Positions 53,185 through 62,138 of a DNA stretch of 64,000 bases are shown piece by piece; within the stretch, counting starts at the first letter, position 1, and each line of letters opens with the position of its first letter. The position numbers and the translations under genes were made by a program. The stretch lies in assembly GCA_017993955.1 (NCBI GenBank), contig JAGOLR010000001.1, positions 15,876 to 79,875 on the forward strand, read 5' to 3'. This DNA comes from Candidatus Omnitrophota bacterium. GTDB lineage: Bacteria > Omnitrophota > Gorgyraeia > 2-01-FULL-45-10. The notes under the pieces were generated by a model, which was given only the letters and a program-made list of their open reading frames with translations, had not been told where the DNA came from and did no database searches.

Positions 53185-54279
53185 ATGAATTTAAAGCTTT
53201 ATTTTATCATATCTATATTTGTTTCATTTTTGATAGCCATGCCGGCGCCTTATATGGTTTTTGCGCAAGACAAAAGGATGGAGACCGATGAAGGCATGGT
53301 AATAGAAGAGACTCACGTCAAGACCATTAAAGATGCGGACGGGACGAGCCCTGGCGGGATATTGGAAGCGCCAAAGCCCGAAGGGTCGCTGGGGGGAGAA
53401 TCTGGCGAATCCGCATCTGCCGCTACGGAGGAAGAGATCATACCCGATGAGACCAAGATCAAGATGGATGAATCCAAGATAGAGGCGATAATACCATCTT
53501 ACACGTTCGGGATGAAACGTCTGATGAAGAGCGCGGAAAAGAGCCTGGAGAGGGTAAAAAAAGAGATCACTAAGCGCAAGAAGGCCGGGAATAAGACCAA
53601 GGCCGAGGAAGTAAAAGACGAAAAACCTCAGGTTGCCGATCAAGATGATGGAGGCAAAAAGGATACAACACCCGGAACGGTCGAGAAAAAAAGATCCGGC
53701 TCATACTCAACTAGCTGTCTTAATCCTTCTAAGCCGGAAAGACGGAAATGCGAAGTCTCTTCCAAAAAAAGGGGTTTAGAGGCGTGCGCCTCCGGGCGTA
53801 TGCGCGGATCTAAACGTCCGGAATGCGCCGGTAATAAAAGATCCGGATCGGCAATCTGTAAGAAGGTGATTTGTAAATCTGACGATGAAGCCGCGCTCAA
53901 GTCTCAGGCCGCGCGCGCAAAAGAAGTCTCTAAAAATTCCGGCGCAAATAATAGCGACGAGGAAAGGCTGCTGGAAAAGATCGCCAGGCAGGAAGCCGAT
54001 ATGAAAAGCGAACAGGAGCGCTTTGCCCGCCAGAGAGCCAAATATGTAGGCGAAGGACCCGGCGACGGCGCAAACCTGCCCGACCAGGCTAAACAGGAAG
54101 AGGCCATGAAGGCCGAGCAGGAGAGATTTGCCCGTGATCGTGCCCGCTATACGACTAAAGTGCCGGAGATAGGAAGCGAGCAGATTATAAAGACATGGGA
54201 GAAGTATGGCGTGGCTACAAAAGAGGAGATAGCGCGGGAGCGAGAGTATTTGGAGGAGGAAAAGGGTAAAGCAAAATAA
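53185..54279 (+). CDS. Secreted low-complexity protein with an 8-Cys cluster and tandem QE(E/A)(A/D)MK(A/S)EQERFAR(D/Q)RA(R/K)Y repeats
   Basis: Signal peptide, an acidic and basic Lys-rich region, 8 Cys in residues 177-231, and two repeats of about 40 aa. Confidence 0.4.
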   Translation: MNLKLYFIISIFVSFLIAMPAPYMVFAQDKRMETDEGMVIEETHVKTIKDADGTSPGGILEAPKPEGSLGGESGESASAATEEEIIPDETKIKMDESKIEAIIPSYTFGMKRLMKSAEKSLERVKKEITKRKKAGNKTKAEEVKDEKPQVADQDDGGKKDTTPGTVEKKRSGSYSTSCLNPSKPERRKCEVSSKKRGLEACASGRMRGSKRPECAGNKRSGSAICKKVICKSDDEAALKSQAARAKEVSKNSGANNSDEERLLEKIARQEADMKSEQERFARQRAKYVGEGPGDGANLPDQAKQEEAMKAEQERFARDRARYTTKVPEIGSEQIIKTWEKYGVATKEEIAREREYLEEEKGKAK

Positions 54280-54338
54280 TAATTTGACATCGCCCGGGTA
54301 TTGGGCTAAAATAAATAAAATTAATAAACCTTTTAAAC

Positions 54339-54418
54339 CCAGTCCCGTGAGGCTGGAAAGGGAGAGCGAAGATGGAAACTGATCCCGTTTATCTATTTAT
54401 AGATAGGCGGGTTTTTTG
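54339..54418 (+). promoter_or_regulatory. PyrR-binding anti-antiterminator loop plus terminator (pyr attenuator)
   Basis: AGUCCCGUGAGGCU at 54341-54354 matches the PyrR box ARUCCNGNGAGGYU. A terminator hairpin CCCGTTTATCTAT-tta-TAGATAGGCGGG plus TTTTTTG follows at 54384-54418, just upstream of pyrR. Confidence 0.7.
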
Positions 54419-54441
54419 TTATAAGGCCGTCCGGAGCGCCT

Positions 54442-54990
54442 ATGAACTTTAAAGAGAAGTCCCGTATACTCGATAAGGATTCCATGGAAAAGACGCTTGA
54501 GCGTCTAGCCCATGAGATAATAGAACGTTCAGATGACATGGGAAAGGTTGCTTTGGTCGGGATAAAAAACCGGGGAGCCTATCTTGCGGGGAGGATCGCG
54601 GATAAGATAACCAGGATGACTTCTAAGCGTCCGCTTGTAGGGGCGTTGGATATAACCTTATATAGAGATGATCTTACGCAAGCCTGGGAACAACCGGTAG
54701 TCCATGCTACCGAGATCGATTTCGATATAAACGGGTTGAAGATAATACTCGTAGACGACGTGCTTTATACCGGGCGAACCGTAAGGTGCGCGCTGGACGC
54801 CCTTATAGATTATGGCAGGCCCGGATGCATAGAACTGGCTGTTTTGGTAGACCGGGGGCACAGGGAGCTTCCTATAAGGGCCGATTACGTGGGGAAGAAC
54901 GTGCCCACGGCAAAAGATGAAACGGTTGAGGTGCGTCTTGTCGAATGTGACGGCAAAGACGAAGTCGCCCTTTGCGAAAGGGAGAAGTGA
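54442..54990 (+). CDS. pyrR: Bifunctional pyrimidine operon regulator/uracil phosphoribosyltransferase PyrR
   Basis: PRTase motif ILVDDVLYTGRTVRCALDAL. 182 aa. Confidence 0.9.
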   Translation: MNFKEKSRILDKDSMEKTLERLAHEIIERSDDMGKVALVGIKNRGAYLAGRIADKITRMTSKRPLVGALDITLYRDDLTQAWEQPVVHATEIDFDINGLKIILVDDVLYTGRTVRCALDALIDYGRPGCIELAVLVDRGHRELPIRADYVGKNVPTAKDETVEVRLVECDGKDEVALCEREK

Positions 54991-54997
54991 CCAGGTA

Positions 54998-55939
54998 ATG
55001 AATAAGAAGACGGTTTGGGCAAAAAAAGACCTCTTGGGACTCGAGCATCTCTCGAAGGAAGAGATAGAGCATATACTTTATACGGCCGATAGCTTTAAAG
55101 AGGTCACCACCAGGCAGATAAAGAAGGTACCCGCTTTGCGCGGAAAGACCGTAGTCAACCTTTTCTATGAACCATCGACGAGAACCCGCACATCGTTCGA
55201 GCTGGCCGCAAAACGCCTTTCGGCGGATGTCGTTAATATCGAGGTAGAGGCCTCGAGCGTCAAGAAGGGAGAGACCCTTATCGACACCGGACGGAATATA
55301 GAGGCGCTTAAGATAGACGTTATAGTAGTGCGCCACAACTGTTCCGGCGCGCCCAATATACTTGCCCGGTCTGTCCGGTCCAGCGTCGTCAATGCCGGCG
55401 ACGGTTGGCACGAGCATCCGACCCAGGCACTTCTCGATATGTTTACTTTAAAGTCAAAGCTCGGCCGCATCGAGGGCCTCAAGGTGAGTATTATAGGCGA
55501 CATTGCGCATTCCCGCGTATGCCGGTCGAACATATGGGGGCTCACAAAGCTCGGCGCTCAGGTCACGGTATGCGCCCCCAGGATACTGATACCCGAGCAG
55601 ATAGAGAAGATGGGCGTTAAGGCTACTGACGATATAAACGAAGCGCTTGCGGGCGCGGACGCGATAAACGTTCTCAGGATGCAGTTCGAGAGGGATTCGG
55701 CAGTGGCCTTTCCGTCGAGACTGGAATATTATAAAAAATACGGCATTACGGCCGAAAGGTTAAAGAATTGCAAAAAAGATATAGTGGTAATGCATCCGGG
55801 GCCGATAAACCGCGGGGTAGAGATGTCAAGTGAAGTGGCGGACGGGCCCAATTCGGTTATATTAGAGCAAGTCACCAATGGGATTGCGGTAAGGATGGCC
55901 GTTTTATATCTGGTGGCTCATGCCAAGGGTAAGGCATAA
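54998..55939 (+). CDS. pyrB: Aspartate carbamoyltransferase catalytic subunit
   Basis: STRTR and HPTQ motifs. The ATG at 54998 gives MNKKTVWAKKDLLGLEHLS. The ORF track extends upstream, overlapping pyrR. Confidence 0.9.
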   Translation: MNKKTVWAKKDLLGLEHLSKEEIEHILYTADSFKEVTTRQIKKVPALRGKTVVNLFYEPSTRTRTSFELAAKRLSADVVNIEVEASSVKKGETLIDTGRNIEALKIDVIVVRHNCSGAPNILARSVRSSVVNAGDGWHEHPTQALLDMFTLKSKLGRIEGLKVSIIGDIAHSRVCRSNIWGLTKLGAQVTVCAPRILIPEQIEKMGVKATDDINEALAGADAINVLRMQFERDSAVAFPSRLEYYKKYGITAERLKNCKKDIVVMHPGPINRGVEMSSEVADGPNSVILEQVTNGIAVRMAVLYLVAHAKGKA

Positions 55940-55942
55940 GAG

Positions 55943-57232
55943 ATGGAAAAATATCTTATAAAGAACGGAAGGCTTATAGACCCGCTTGAAAAACTTGACG
56001 CGGTAAACGACATATTGATCGTGGGAGATAAGATAGAGAAGATAGGTCCTGGTATAGACGATCCCGAAGCTAAGGTTGTCGACGCATCCGGTAAGATAAT
56101 TTCCCCCGGATTCGTCGATATGCATGCGCACTTGCGAGAGCCGGGGAGAGAGGACAAAGAGACCATATATACCGGCACTCGCTCAGCAGTACAAGGAGGG
56201 TTTACGGCGATAGCCTGCATGCCTAATACCGAGCCCGCCATAGACCGGGCGGATACCGTTAATCTCGTAAAGGCCATAGCCGTAAAAGACGGTATATGTG
56301 ACGTATTTGTAATAGGCGCTATAACGGAAAACAGAGAAGGTAACAAGATATCAGATCTTAAGTCTCTTAAAAAGGCCGGCGTTGTCGGAGTTTCCGACGA
56401 CGGTGCATCCGTGGAAGACCCGGAAATCATGCTAAATGCCCTTAAGGAGGCTAGAAAAGAGGGGATCCTGGTGATAGCGCACTGTGAAGACCCCGGGCTT
56501 TCTCTCAAGGGCGTTATGAACAAAGGCCTGGTTTCTACTAAAATGGGATTGCGCGGTATGCCAAAAGAGTCGGAATATGCCAGAGTGAAGCGCGATGTAG
56601 AGCTTGCCGCAAAGGCCGGTGCCGCTATACATATTGCTCACATAAGCTGCATGGAATCGGTTGATATTGTAAGGCAGGCCAAGGCCAAAGGCATCAGGGT
56701 CACGGCTGAGACGTGTCCGCATTATTTTGCCATGACCGAAGATTGCTGCGTCACTTATGACACGAATACAAAGATGAACCCTCCCTTGCGCACTTCCGAA
56801 GATCTCAAGGCCATAAAAGAAGGCCTTAAAGACGGGACGATAGATGCGATAGCTACAGATCATGCGCCTCATACCGATTGCGAGAAGGATGTAGAGTTTG
56901 ACTATGCACCTTTCGGGATAATAGGGCTCGAAACGGCTCTAGGCATCGCGGTAATAGAGCTTATAGACAAAAAAGTGCTTACATGGCCGGAGCTTATATC
57001 CAAGCTCTCTTCAAATCCTTCCAGGATATTGGGTTTGAAAGGGCCGACATTACTTAAAGGCGCGAAAGCCGATGTTGCAATAATAGATCCGTCGGTTGAG
57101 TATACGTATACCAGAGATAACATCCGTTCTAAATCGAAAAACTCGCCTTTTATAGGATGGCAGCTTAAGGGAAGGGCCGAAAAGGTATTCGTTTCCGGTA
57201 AGATAGTATTAGGAGGCGCCGCCCCGGCCTGA
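55943..57232 (+). CDS. pyrC: Dihydroorotase
   Basis: Amidohydrolase DMHAHLREPG. 429 aa. Confidence 0.9.
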   Translation: MEKYLIKNGRLIDPLEKLDAVNDILIVGDKIEKIGPGIDDPEAKVVDASGKIISPGFVDMHAHLREPGREDKETIYTGTRSAVQGGFTAIACMPNTEPAIDRADTVNLVKAIAVKDGICDVFVIGAITENREGNKISDLKSLKKAGVVGVSDDGASVEDPEIMLNALKEARKEGILVIAHCEDPGLSLKGVMNKGLVSTKMGLRGMPKESEYARVKRDVELAAKAGAAIHIAHISCMESVDIVRQAKAKGIRVTAETCPHYFAMTEDCCVTYDTNTKMNPPLRTSEDLKAIKEGLKDGTIDAIATDHAPHTDCEKDVEFDYAPFGIIGLETALGIAVIELIDKKVLTWPELISKLSSNPSRILGLKGPTLLKGAKADVAIIDPSVEYTYTRDNIRSKSKNSPFIGWQLKGRAEKVFVSGKIVLGGAAPA

Positions 57233-57250
57233 AGATAAAACGAGGGTTTC

Positions 57251-58483
57251 ATGCCTTTCATCGTCGATCTCCATATACATTCAAGATATTCGCGCGCTAC
57301 GGCCAAGGATATGGACATAGAAAATCTCGTTAAGTGGGCCAAGATAAAAGGTATTGCGATGCTGGGCTCGGGAGATTTCACTCATCCGGCCTGGCTTGCG
57401 GAACTGAAAAAGAAGTTATCCCCGAAGTCCCGCGGAGTCTATGACCACGACGGGGTGGATTTTATACTGACCGGTGAAGTCTCAAATATATATTTTAAGG
57501 CGGGCCGGACGCGAAAAGTCCATAATATAATAGCTGTACCGGATTTTGAGGCGGCTGAAGAAGCGGCCGAGGCTCTTTCAGATTACGGAGACCTTAATTC
57601 AGACGGGCGCCCGATACTGCATCTGGAATGCGACAGGATGGCCAGGATGCTTTTCGGGATACATCCCGACATACTTATAATGCCGGCCCATGCCTGGACG
57701 CCGCATTTCAGCATATTCGGATCGAACTCAGGTTTCGATTCCCCCGCAGAATGTTTTGAAGGGGAGTTGCCGAAAATATTTTCGATAGAGACCGGGCTTT
57801 CGAGCGACCCAGAGATGAACTGGAGATGGTCGGCGCTCGACAGGTTCTGCCTTACATCGCATTCTGACGCTCATTCGCCGCACAAGATAGGGCGGGAGGC
57901 GAATGTATTTAAAGACAATATAGACTATCCGACGCTTGTAGAAGTGCTTAAGACCAAAGACAATAAAAGGTTCCTTTACACCATAGAATTTTTCCCCGAA
58001 GAGGGGAAGTACCACTGGGACGGCCATCGCGCTTGCGGCGAACGCTTATCCCCGGAAGACGCTATTCGTTCTAACAATCTTTGCCCCTCTTGCGGCAAAA
58101 AATTGACCATAGGTGTAATGCACAGGCTCTCAAGCCTGGCCGATAGGCCTTGCGGTTATGTCGACAAGAAGAGCCCGCGGTCTAAGAAATTAGTTCCGCT
58201 TGCTGAAATCATAGGGAGCGTGCTCGGGGTTTCGCCTGATTCTGTGTCGGTAGGTAAGGAATATTTTAAAATGATCAAAAATTTCGGGACAGAGTTCGGG
58301 GTATTGCTCGATGCTCCCGAAGAGGCCTTGCGGGAGAAATGCCTTCCCGGGGTGGCTCAAGGCGTAATTAATGTAAGAAGCGGCAACCTTGATATCGAAC
58401 CGGGATATGACGGCGAGTACGGTAAGGTAAACGTCTTGAAAAATGATAGTAACCGTAAGGATAAACAATTGAGTTTCTTGTAA
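57251..58483 (+). CDS. PHP-domain endonuclease Q-like protein (TIGR00375-type)
   Basis: N-terminal PHP domain (IVDLHIHSRYSRA), SDAHSP, zinc ribbon CPSCGKK, and LVPLAEIIG matching the EndoQ C-terminal region. 410 aa. Confidence 0.55.
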   Translation: MPFIVDLHIHSRYSRATAKDMDIENLVKWAKIKGIAMLGSGDFTHPAWLAELKKKLSPKSRGVYDHDGVDFILTGEVSNIYFKAGRTRKVHNIIAVPDFEAAEEAAEALSDYGDLNSDGRPILHLECDRMARMLFGIHPDILIMPAHAWTPHFSIFGSNSGFDSPAECFEGELPKIFSIETGLSSDPEMNWRWSALDRFCLTSHSDAHSPHKIGREANVFKDNIDYPTLVEVLKTKDNKRFLYTIEFFPEEGKYHWDGHRACGERLSPEDAIRSNNLCPSCGKKLTIGVMHRLSSLADRPCGYVDKKSPRSKKLVPLAEIIGSVLGVSPDSVSVGKEYFKMIKNFGTEFGVLLDAPEEALREKCLPGVAQGVINVRSGNLDIEPGYDGEYGKVNVLKNDSNRKDKQLSFL

Positions 58484-58497
58484 GAAAAGCACGGTTT

Positions 58498-59376
58498 TTG
58501 ACTCCGGACCCTAGACGAATGAAGCAGCTAAATACAAAAATAATTCATAACAAAAAAATAACGCCGCACCACTATAAGATGCGGCTAGAGTCCGGACATC
58601 TTGCTAAGCACTCTAACCCGGGGCAATTTGTGGAGGTCCGTTGTTCACACCATCCGGATCCTCTCCTGAGGCGTCCTCTGGGCGTTCACAGGATATTGCC
58701 GGATGGAATAGAGATTCTTTATGAGATCGTCGGGCGCGGGACAGAGTTGTTATCGCTAAAGAAAGCCGGAGAGGTTCTTGACGTGATCGGCCCTTTAGGT
58801 AATGGCTTCGGTATAAGGTCCATGGGCAATGGTTCACAGTCCACGGTTTTGGTTGCCGGTGGTATAGGGGTAGCGCCTTTGCTGGCGTTGGCGGAGAAAG
58901 TAGCGTATAGCGTAGAGCGCATAGCGGATAGGAAAAAAATAAAAGTTTTTATAGGCGCAAAAACCGCCTCGCATATATTATGCGCCGAAGAATTCAAAAA
59001 GTTGGGTTGCAAGGTTTATGTCGCAACCGAAAACGGTTCAAAAGGACATAAAGGGCTTATCACAGATTTACTCGACGGTTTTCTGCAATCAATGATTAAC
59101 GATCAACGATTAACGATCAACGAACGGCGAACGACGATATACGCTTGCGGCCCGACCGGTATGCTCAAAGCCGTTGCCGGGATCTCCGGAAGGCACGATA
59201 TCCCATGTCAGGTATCCCTGGAAGAACGCATGGCCTGCGGCGTAGGCGTTTGCCTTGGCTGCCCTGTCAAAATCCGTTCGGCACATACGATTAACGATGG
59301 ACGATCTACGATAAACGAATATAAGATGGTCTGTAAAGACGGTCCGGTCTTTGATGCGGACAGTATAGCTTGGTGA
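58498..59376 (+). CDS. pyrK: Dihydroorotate dehydrogenase electron-transfer subunit PyrK, carrying two short in-frame repeat-derived insertions
   Basis: FAD/NAD-binding fold with a C-terminal 2Fe-2S motif CGVGVCLGCPV...CKDGPVF. Insert-like segments INDQRLTINERRT and SAHTINDGRSTINE are encoded by ACGATTAACGAT-type repeats. Confidence 0.85.
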   Translation: MTPDPRRMKQLNTKIIHNKKITPHHYKMRLESGHLAKHSNPGQFVEVRCSHHPDPLLRRPLGVHRILPDGIEILYEIVGRGTELLSLKKAGEVLDVIGPLGNGFGIRSMGNGSQSTVLVAGGIGVAPLLALAEKVAYSVERIADRKKIKVFIGAKTASHILCAEEFKKLGCKVYVATENGSKGHKGLITDLLDGFLQSMINDQRLTINERRTTIYACGPTGMLKAVAGISGRHDIPCQVSLEERMACGVGVCLGCPVKIRSAHTINDGRSTINEYKMVCKDGPVFDADSIAW

Positions 59377-59403
59377 GAAAAGAAAAATTTTGTTATCGAT
59401 TAT

Positions 59404-59615
59404 TACTCCCGTGGTGGGTGTCTCGCGGGAACATCCGATTTTCCCCGGCGAGGAAAATCGGATTCGGTAAAATTGCTCGCTCTTTTGTGGCTGGGCTTTT
59501 GAACCGGGTGCTTGGATCACAGCTACGTGACTTTAGCACCCGGTTCAAACTGTGGCCACAAAAACCGTGCCCGCTCGCAATTTTAACGTCCCGCTTAACA
59601 CCCACCACGGGAGAT
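59404..59615. repeat. Nested perfect-palindrome element (MITE-like or structured RNA) in the pyrK-pyrD spacer
   Basis: A 16-nt perfect inverted repeat CTCCCGTGGTGGGTGT / ACACCCACCACGGGAG (59406-59421 and 59598-59613) encloses an ATCCGATTTTCC/GGAAAATCGGAT hairpin and a 12-bp GAACCGGGTGCT/AGCACCCGGTTC hairpin flanked by TTGTGGC/GCCACAA. Confidence 0.6.
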
Positions 59616-59677
59616 ATGGTGGGAAATAAAAATTTTTCATCGGGGAAATACAATTTCGTGATAAGCTTGAAGGCTAG

Positions 59678-60589
59678 ATGATGATGAAACCAAATCTTGC
59701 CGTAAAGATAGGAAGACTGAAATTAAAGAATCCCGTTATGGTGGCGTCCGGGACATTCGGCGAAGAGTACGGCGAGATGACGGATGTATCGAAACTTGGC
59801 GCTGTGGTCGCCAAGACCATAACGCTAAAGGCCAGGGTCGGTAATCCGCCTCCGCGTGTATGCGAAACAGATTCCGGCATGCTTAACTCAATAGGGCTGG
59901 AAAATAAAGGGGTGGAAGAGTTTATGTCCAGAAAACTTCTCGCCTTGAAAAAATTCCGCGTGCCGGTGGTGGTTAGTATAGCGGGTGAGTCCGAGGATGA
60001 ACTCGCGGAGCTGGCAAGCCGTCTCAAGGCGGTCGATGCCCTTGAGGTGAACCTGTCATGTCCCAACGTGAAACACGGCGCCCGCGAGGGGCTTATAGCC
60101 CAAGATGCCAGCGCAGTAGCGGCCTGTATTTCTGCTGTACGTAAAGCTACAAAAGCGCCCTTGATCGCCAAGCTCACGCCCAACGTTACGGATATAGCGA
60201 AGATAGCCGTTTCTGCAGAATCGGCCGGAGCCGATGCGGTCCTCGTAGCCAATACATTTTTCGGAATGGCAGTGGATATATATGCAAGGCGTCCAAAGCT
60301 GGGTAATATATGCGGGGGATTAAGCGGTCCGGCCATAAAACCTATGTCGCTTAAGATGGTGTGGGATACGGCGCGTAAGGTGAAAATACCGGTCATAGGC
60401 TGCGGCGGTATCATGGATTATAAAGATGCCGTGGAATTTATGCTCTGCGGAGCCTCCGCCATACAGGTGGGAACGGCGAATTTTGTAGCTCCGGACGCCT
60501 CCGCCGAAATAGTAAAAGGGATAGCAAGATATATGTCAAAAAACAAGATCGCTGATATAAGTAAATTAAGAGGAGCGCTTTTGGTATGA
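59678..60589 (+). CDS. pyrD: Dihydroorotate dehydrogenase catalytic subunit (class 1B)
   Basis: 303 aa with NPVMVASGTFG. It follows pyrK. Confidence 0.9.
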   Translation: MMMKPNLAVKIGRLKLKNPVMVASGTFGEEYGEMTDVSKLGAVVAKTITLKARVGNPPPRVCETDSGMLNSIGLENKGVEEFMSRKLLALKKFRVPVVVSIAGESEDELAELASRLKAVDALEVNLSCPNVKHGAREGLIAQDASAVAACISAVRKATKAPLIAKLTPNVTDIAKIAVSAESAGADAVLVANTFFGMAVDIYARRPKLGNICGGLSGPAIKPMSLKMVWDTARKVKIPVIGCGGIMDYKDAVEFMLCGASAIQVGTANFVAPDASAEIVKGIARYMSKNKIADISKLRGALLV

Positions 60590-61302
60590 GTCCAAAAGAT
60601 CGTTTGATAGTAGCCCTTGATGTGGATACAAAATCCCGGGCCCTTTCTTTGGCGGGAGAGTTAAAAGACAGCGTAGGATTTTTCAAAATAGGGCTTGAGC
60701 TCTTCAGTTCGTGCGGTCCTGATATCGTAAGACAGATAAGCGGAATCGGATGCAAGGTATTTCTCGATTTGAAATTTCACGATATCCCGACGACGGTTGC
60801 TAAGGCGGCCGTGTCAGTCACGGGTTTGGGGTCCTATATGTTCAATGTGCATGCCCTGGGCGGTTACGATATGATGAAACGATGCGGCGACGCCGTTAAG
60901 ACCGAAGCCGAACGCCTTAAAATCGCAAGACCAAAAGTGATTGCCGTGACCGTGCTTACCAGCATGGATCAGATTTCTTTGGAAAAGGTCGGGGTGGGTT
61001 GTGATATCAAGGAGGAGGTTATAAAACTTGCGCGTCTAGCAAAAGACGCAGGCCTTGACGGCGTAGTAGCCTCTCCGGAAGAGGCTCGCATGATAAGAGA
61101 TGACGCGGGAGACGATTTTATAATAGTGACGCCCGGCGTCAGGCCGTCCTGGGCCGCTGCCGACGATCAAAGGCGAGTGGCGACGCCGAAAGAGGCCGTA
61201 GATAACGGCGCAAGCTTCATAGTCGTGGGTAGGCCCATAACTGCCGCGGCGGATCCTGTAGAAGCGGCGGGGAAGATAATAAAAGAAATACGTTGTAGTT
61301 AA
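60586..61302 (+). CDS. pyrF: Orotidine 5'-phosphate decarboxylase
   Basis: 238 aa with LIVALDV and KFHDIPTT motifs. Confidence 0.88.
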   Translation: MSPKDRLIVALDVDTKSRALSLAGELKDSVGFFKIGLELFSSCGPDIVRQISGIGCKVFLDLKFHDIPTTVAKAAVSVTGLGSYMFNVHALGGYDMMKRCGDAVKTEAERLKIARPKVIAVTVLTSMDQISLEKVGVGCDIKEEVIKLARLAKDAGLDGVVASPEEARMIRDDAGDDFIIVTPGVRPSWAAADDQRRVATPKEAVDNGASFIVVGRPITAAADPVEAAGKIIKEIRCS

Positions 61303-61318
61303 TAGGACTTTAGAAATT

Positions 61319-61420
61319 CGTCATTGCGAGGGAGCCTTTCAGTTTTGTTAATGGCGACCGAAGCAATCTAAAAAAAGAGATTGCTTCGGCCTAACAAAGT
61401 TCGGCCTCGCAATGACAGTT
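61319..61420. repeat. Nested palindromic element in the pyrF-pyrE spacer
   Basis: Outer inverted repeat GTCATTGCGAGG / CCTCGCAATGAC encloses the hairpin GACCGAAGCAATCT-aaaaaaag-AGATTGCTTCGGCC. Confidence 0.55.
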
Positions 61421-61431
61421 ACGAGGTGAAT

Positions 61432-61995
61432 ATGACCGAGAAAGAAGTATTGGCGATTTTTGAAAAGCATAACGCGTTGCTCGCAGGCCATTTTAAGCTC
61501 TCGAGCGGCCTTCACAGCGAAAAGTATCTCCAATGCGCCCTCGTCCTGCAGTATCCCGACATGGCGGCCGCGCTTGCAAAAGCCCTTGCGGCCAAATTCA
61601 AAGGCATAGATGTCGTTGTGGGCCCTGCGCTTGGAGGGGTCACGCTTGCCTATGAGGTCGCGCGTGCGCTTGGCGTGAGGGGGCTCTTTACGGAGCGCCA
61701 GGAAGGTGTCATGATGCTTAGGCGCGGATTTTCGATAAAGCCCGGAGAAAAGGTGCTTGTCTGCGAAGATGTCGTCACGACCGGCAAATCCACGAAAGAG
61801 GTAATAGATGTCGTAAAGGCTGCCGGCGGGGTAGTAGCGGGAGTCGCAAGCGTCATAGACAGGAGCGAATCACCGGTAGATTTCGGCGTGCCTTTTCACT
61901 CGCTTGCCAAAGTGGCTGTTACCGCATATAAGGAAGACGGCTGCCCCATGTGCAAAAAGGGCCTTCCCGTTACAAAGCCGGGTTCTAGGAAATAG
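61432..61995 (+). CDS. pyrE: Orotate phosphoribosyltransferase
   Basis: PRTase motif VLVCEDVVTTGKS. The start MTEKEVLAIFEKH at 61432 lies inside the ORF-track ORF that begins at 61381. Confidence 0.85.
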   Translation: MTEKEVLAIFEKHNALLAGHFKLSSGLHSEKYLQCALVLQYPDMAAALAKALAAKFKGIDVVVGPALGGVTLAYEVARALGVRGLFTERQEGVMMLRRGFSIKPGEKVLVCEDVVTTGKSTKEVIDVVKAAGGVVAGVASVIDRSESPVDFGVPFHSLAKVAVTAYKEDGCPMCKKGLPVTKPGSRK

Positions 61996-62138
61996 CGGGA
62001 TTCAGTGATTGCCGCGGTAAAAGTTTTGTGTTATTATGTGATAGCTCCAAAAGCACTCTTTTGAATTTCTATCTTTCTATGATAAAAGATCGAAATTCAT
62101 TTATTCGCTTTTGGAGCGAAATTTGCTTAGCAAATTTC

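Noticed and set aside
59440-59460. PyrR-binding box in the pyrK-pyrD structured element (TCCCCGGCGAGG)
   Set aside because: The spacing is off by two nucleotides relative to the UCCNGNGAGG consensus, unlike the exact match upstream of pyrR at 54341-54354.
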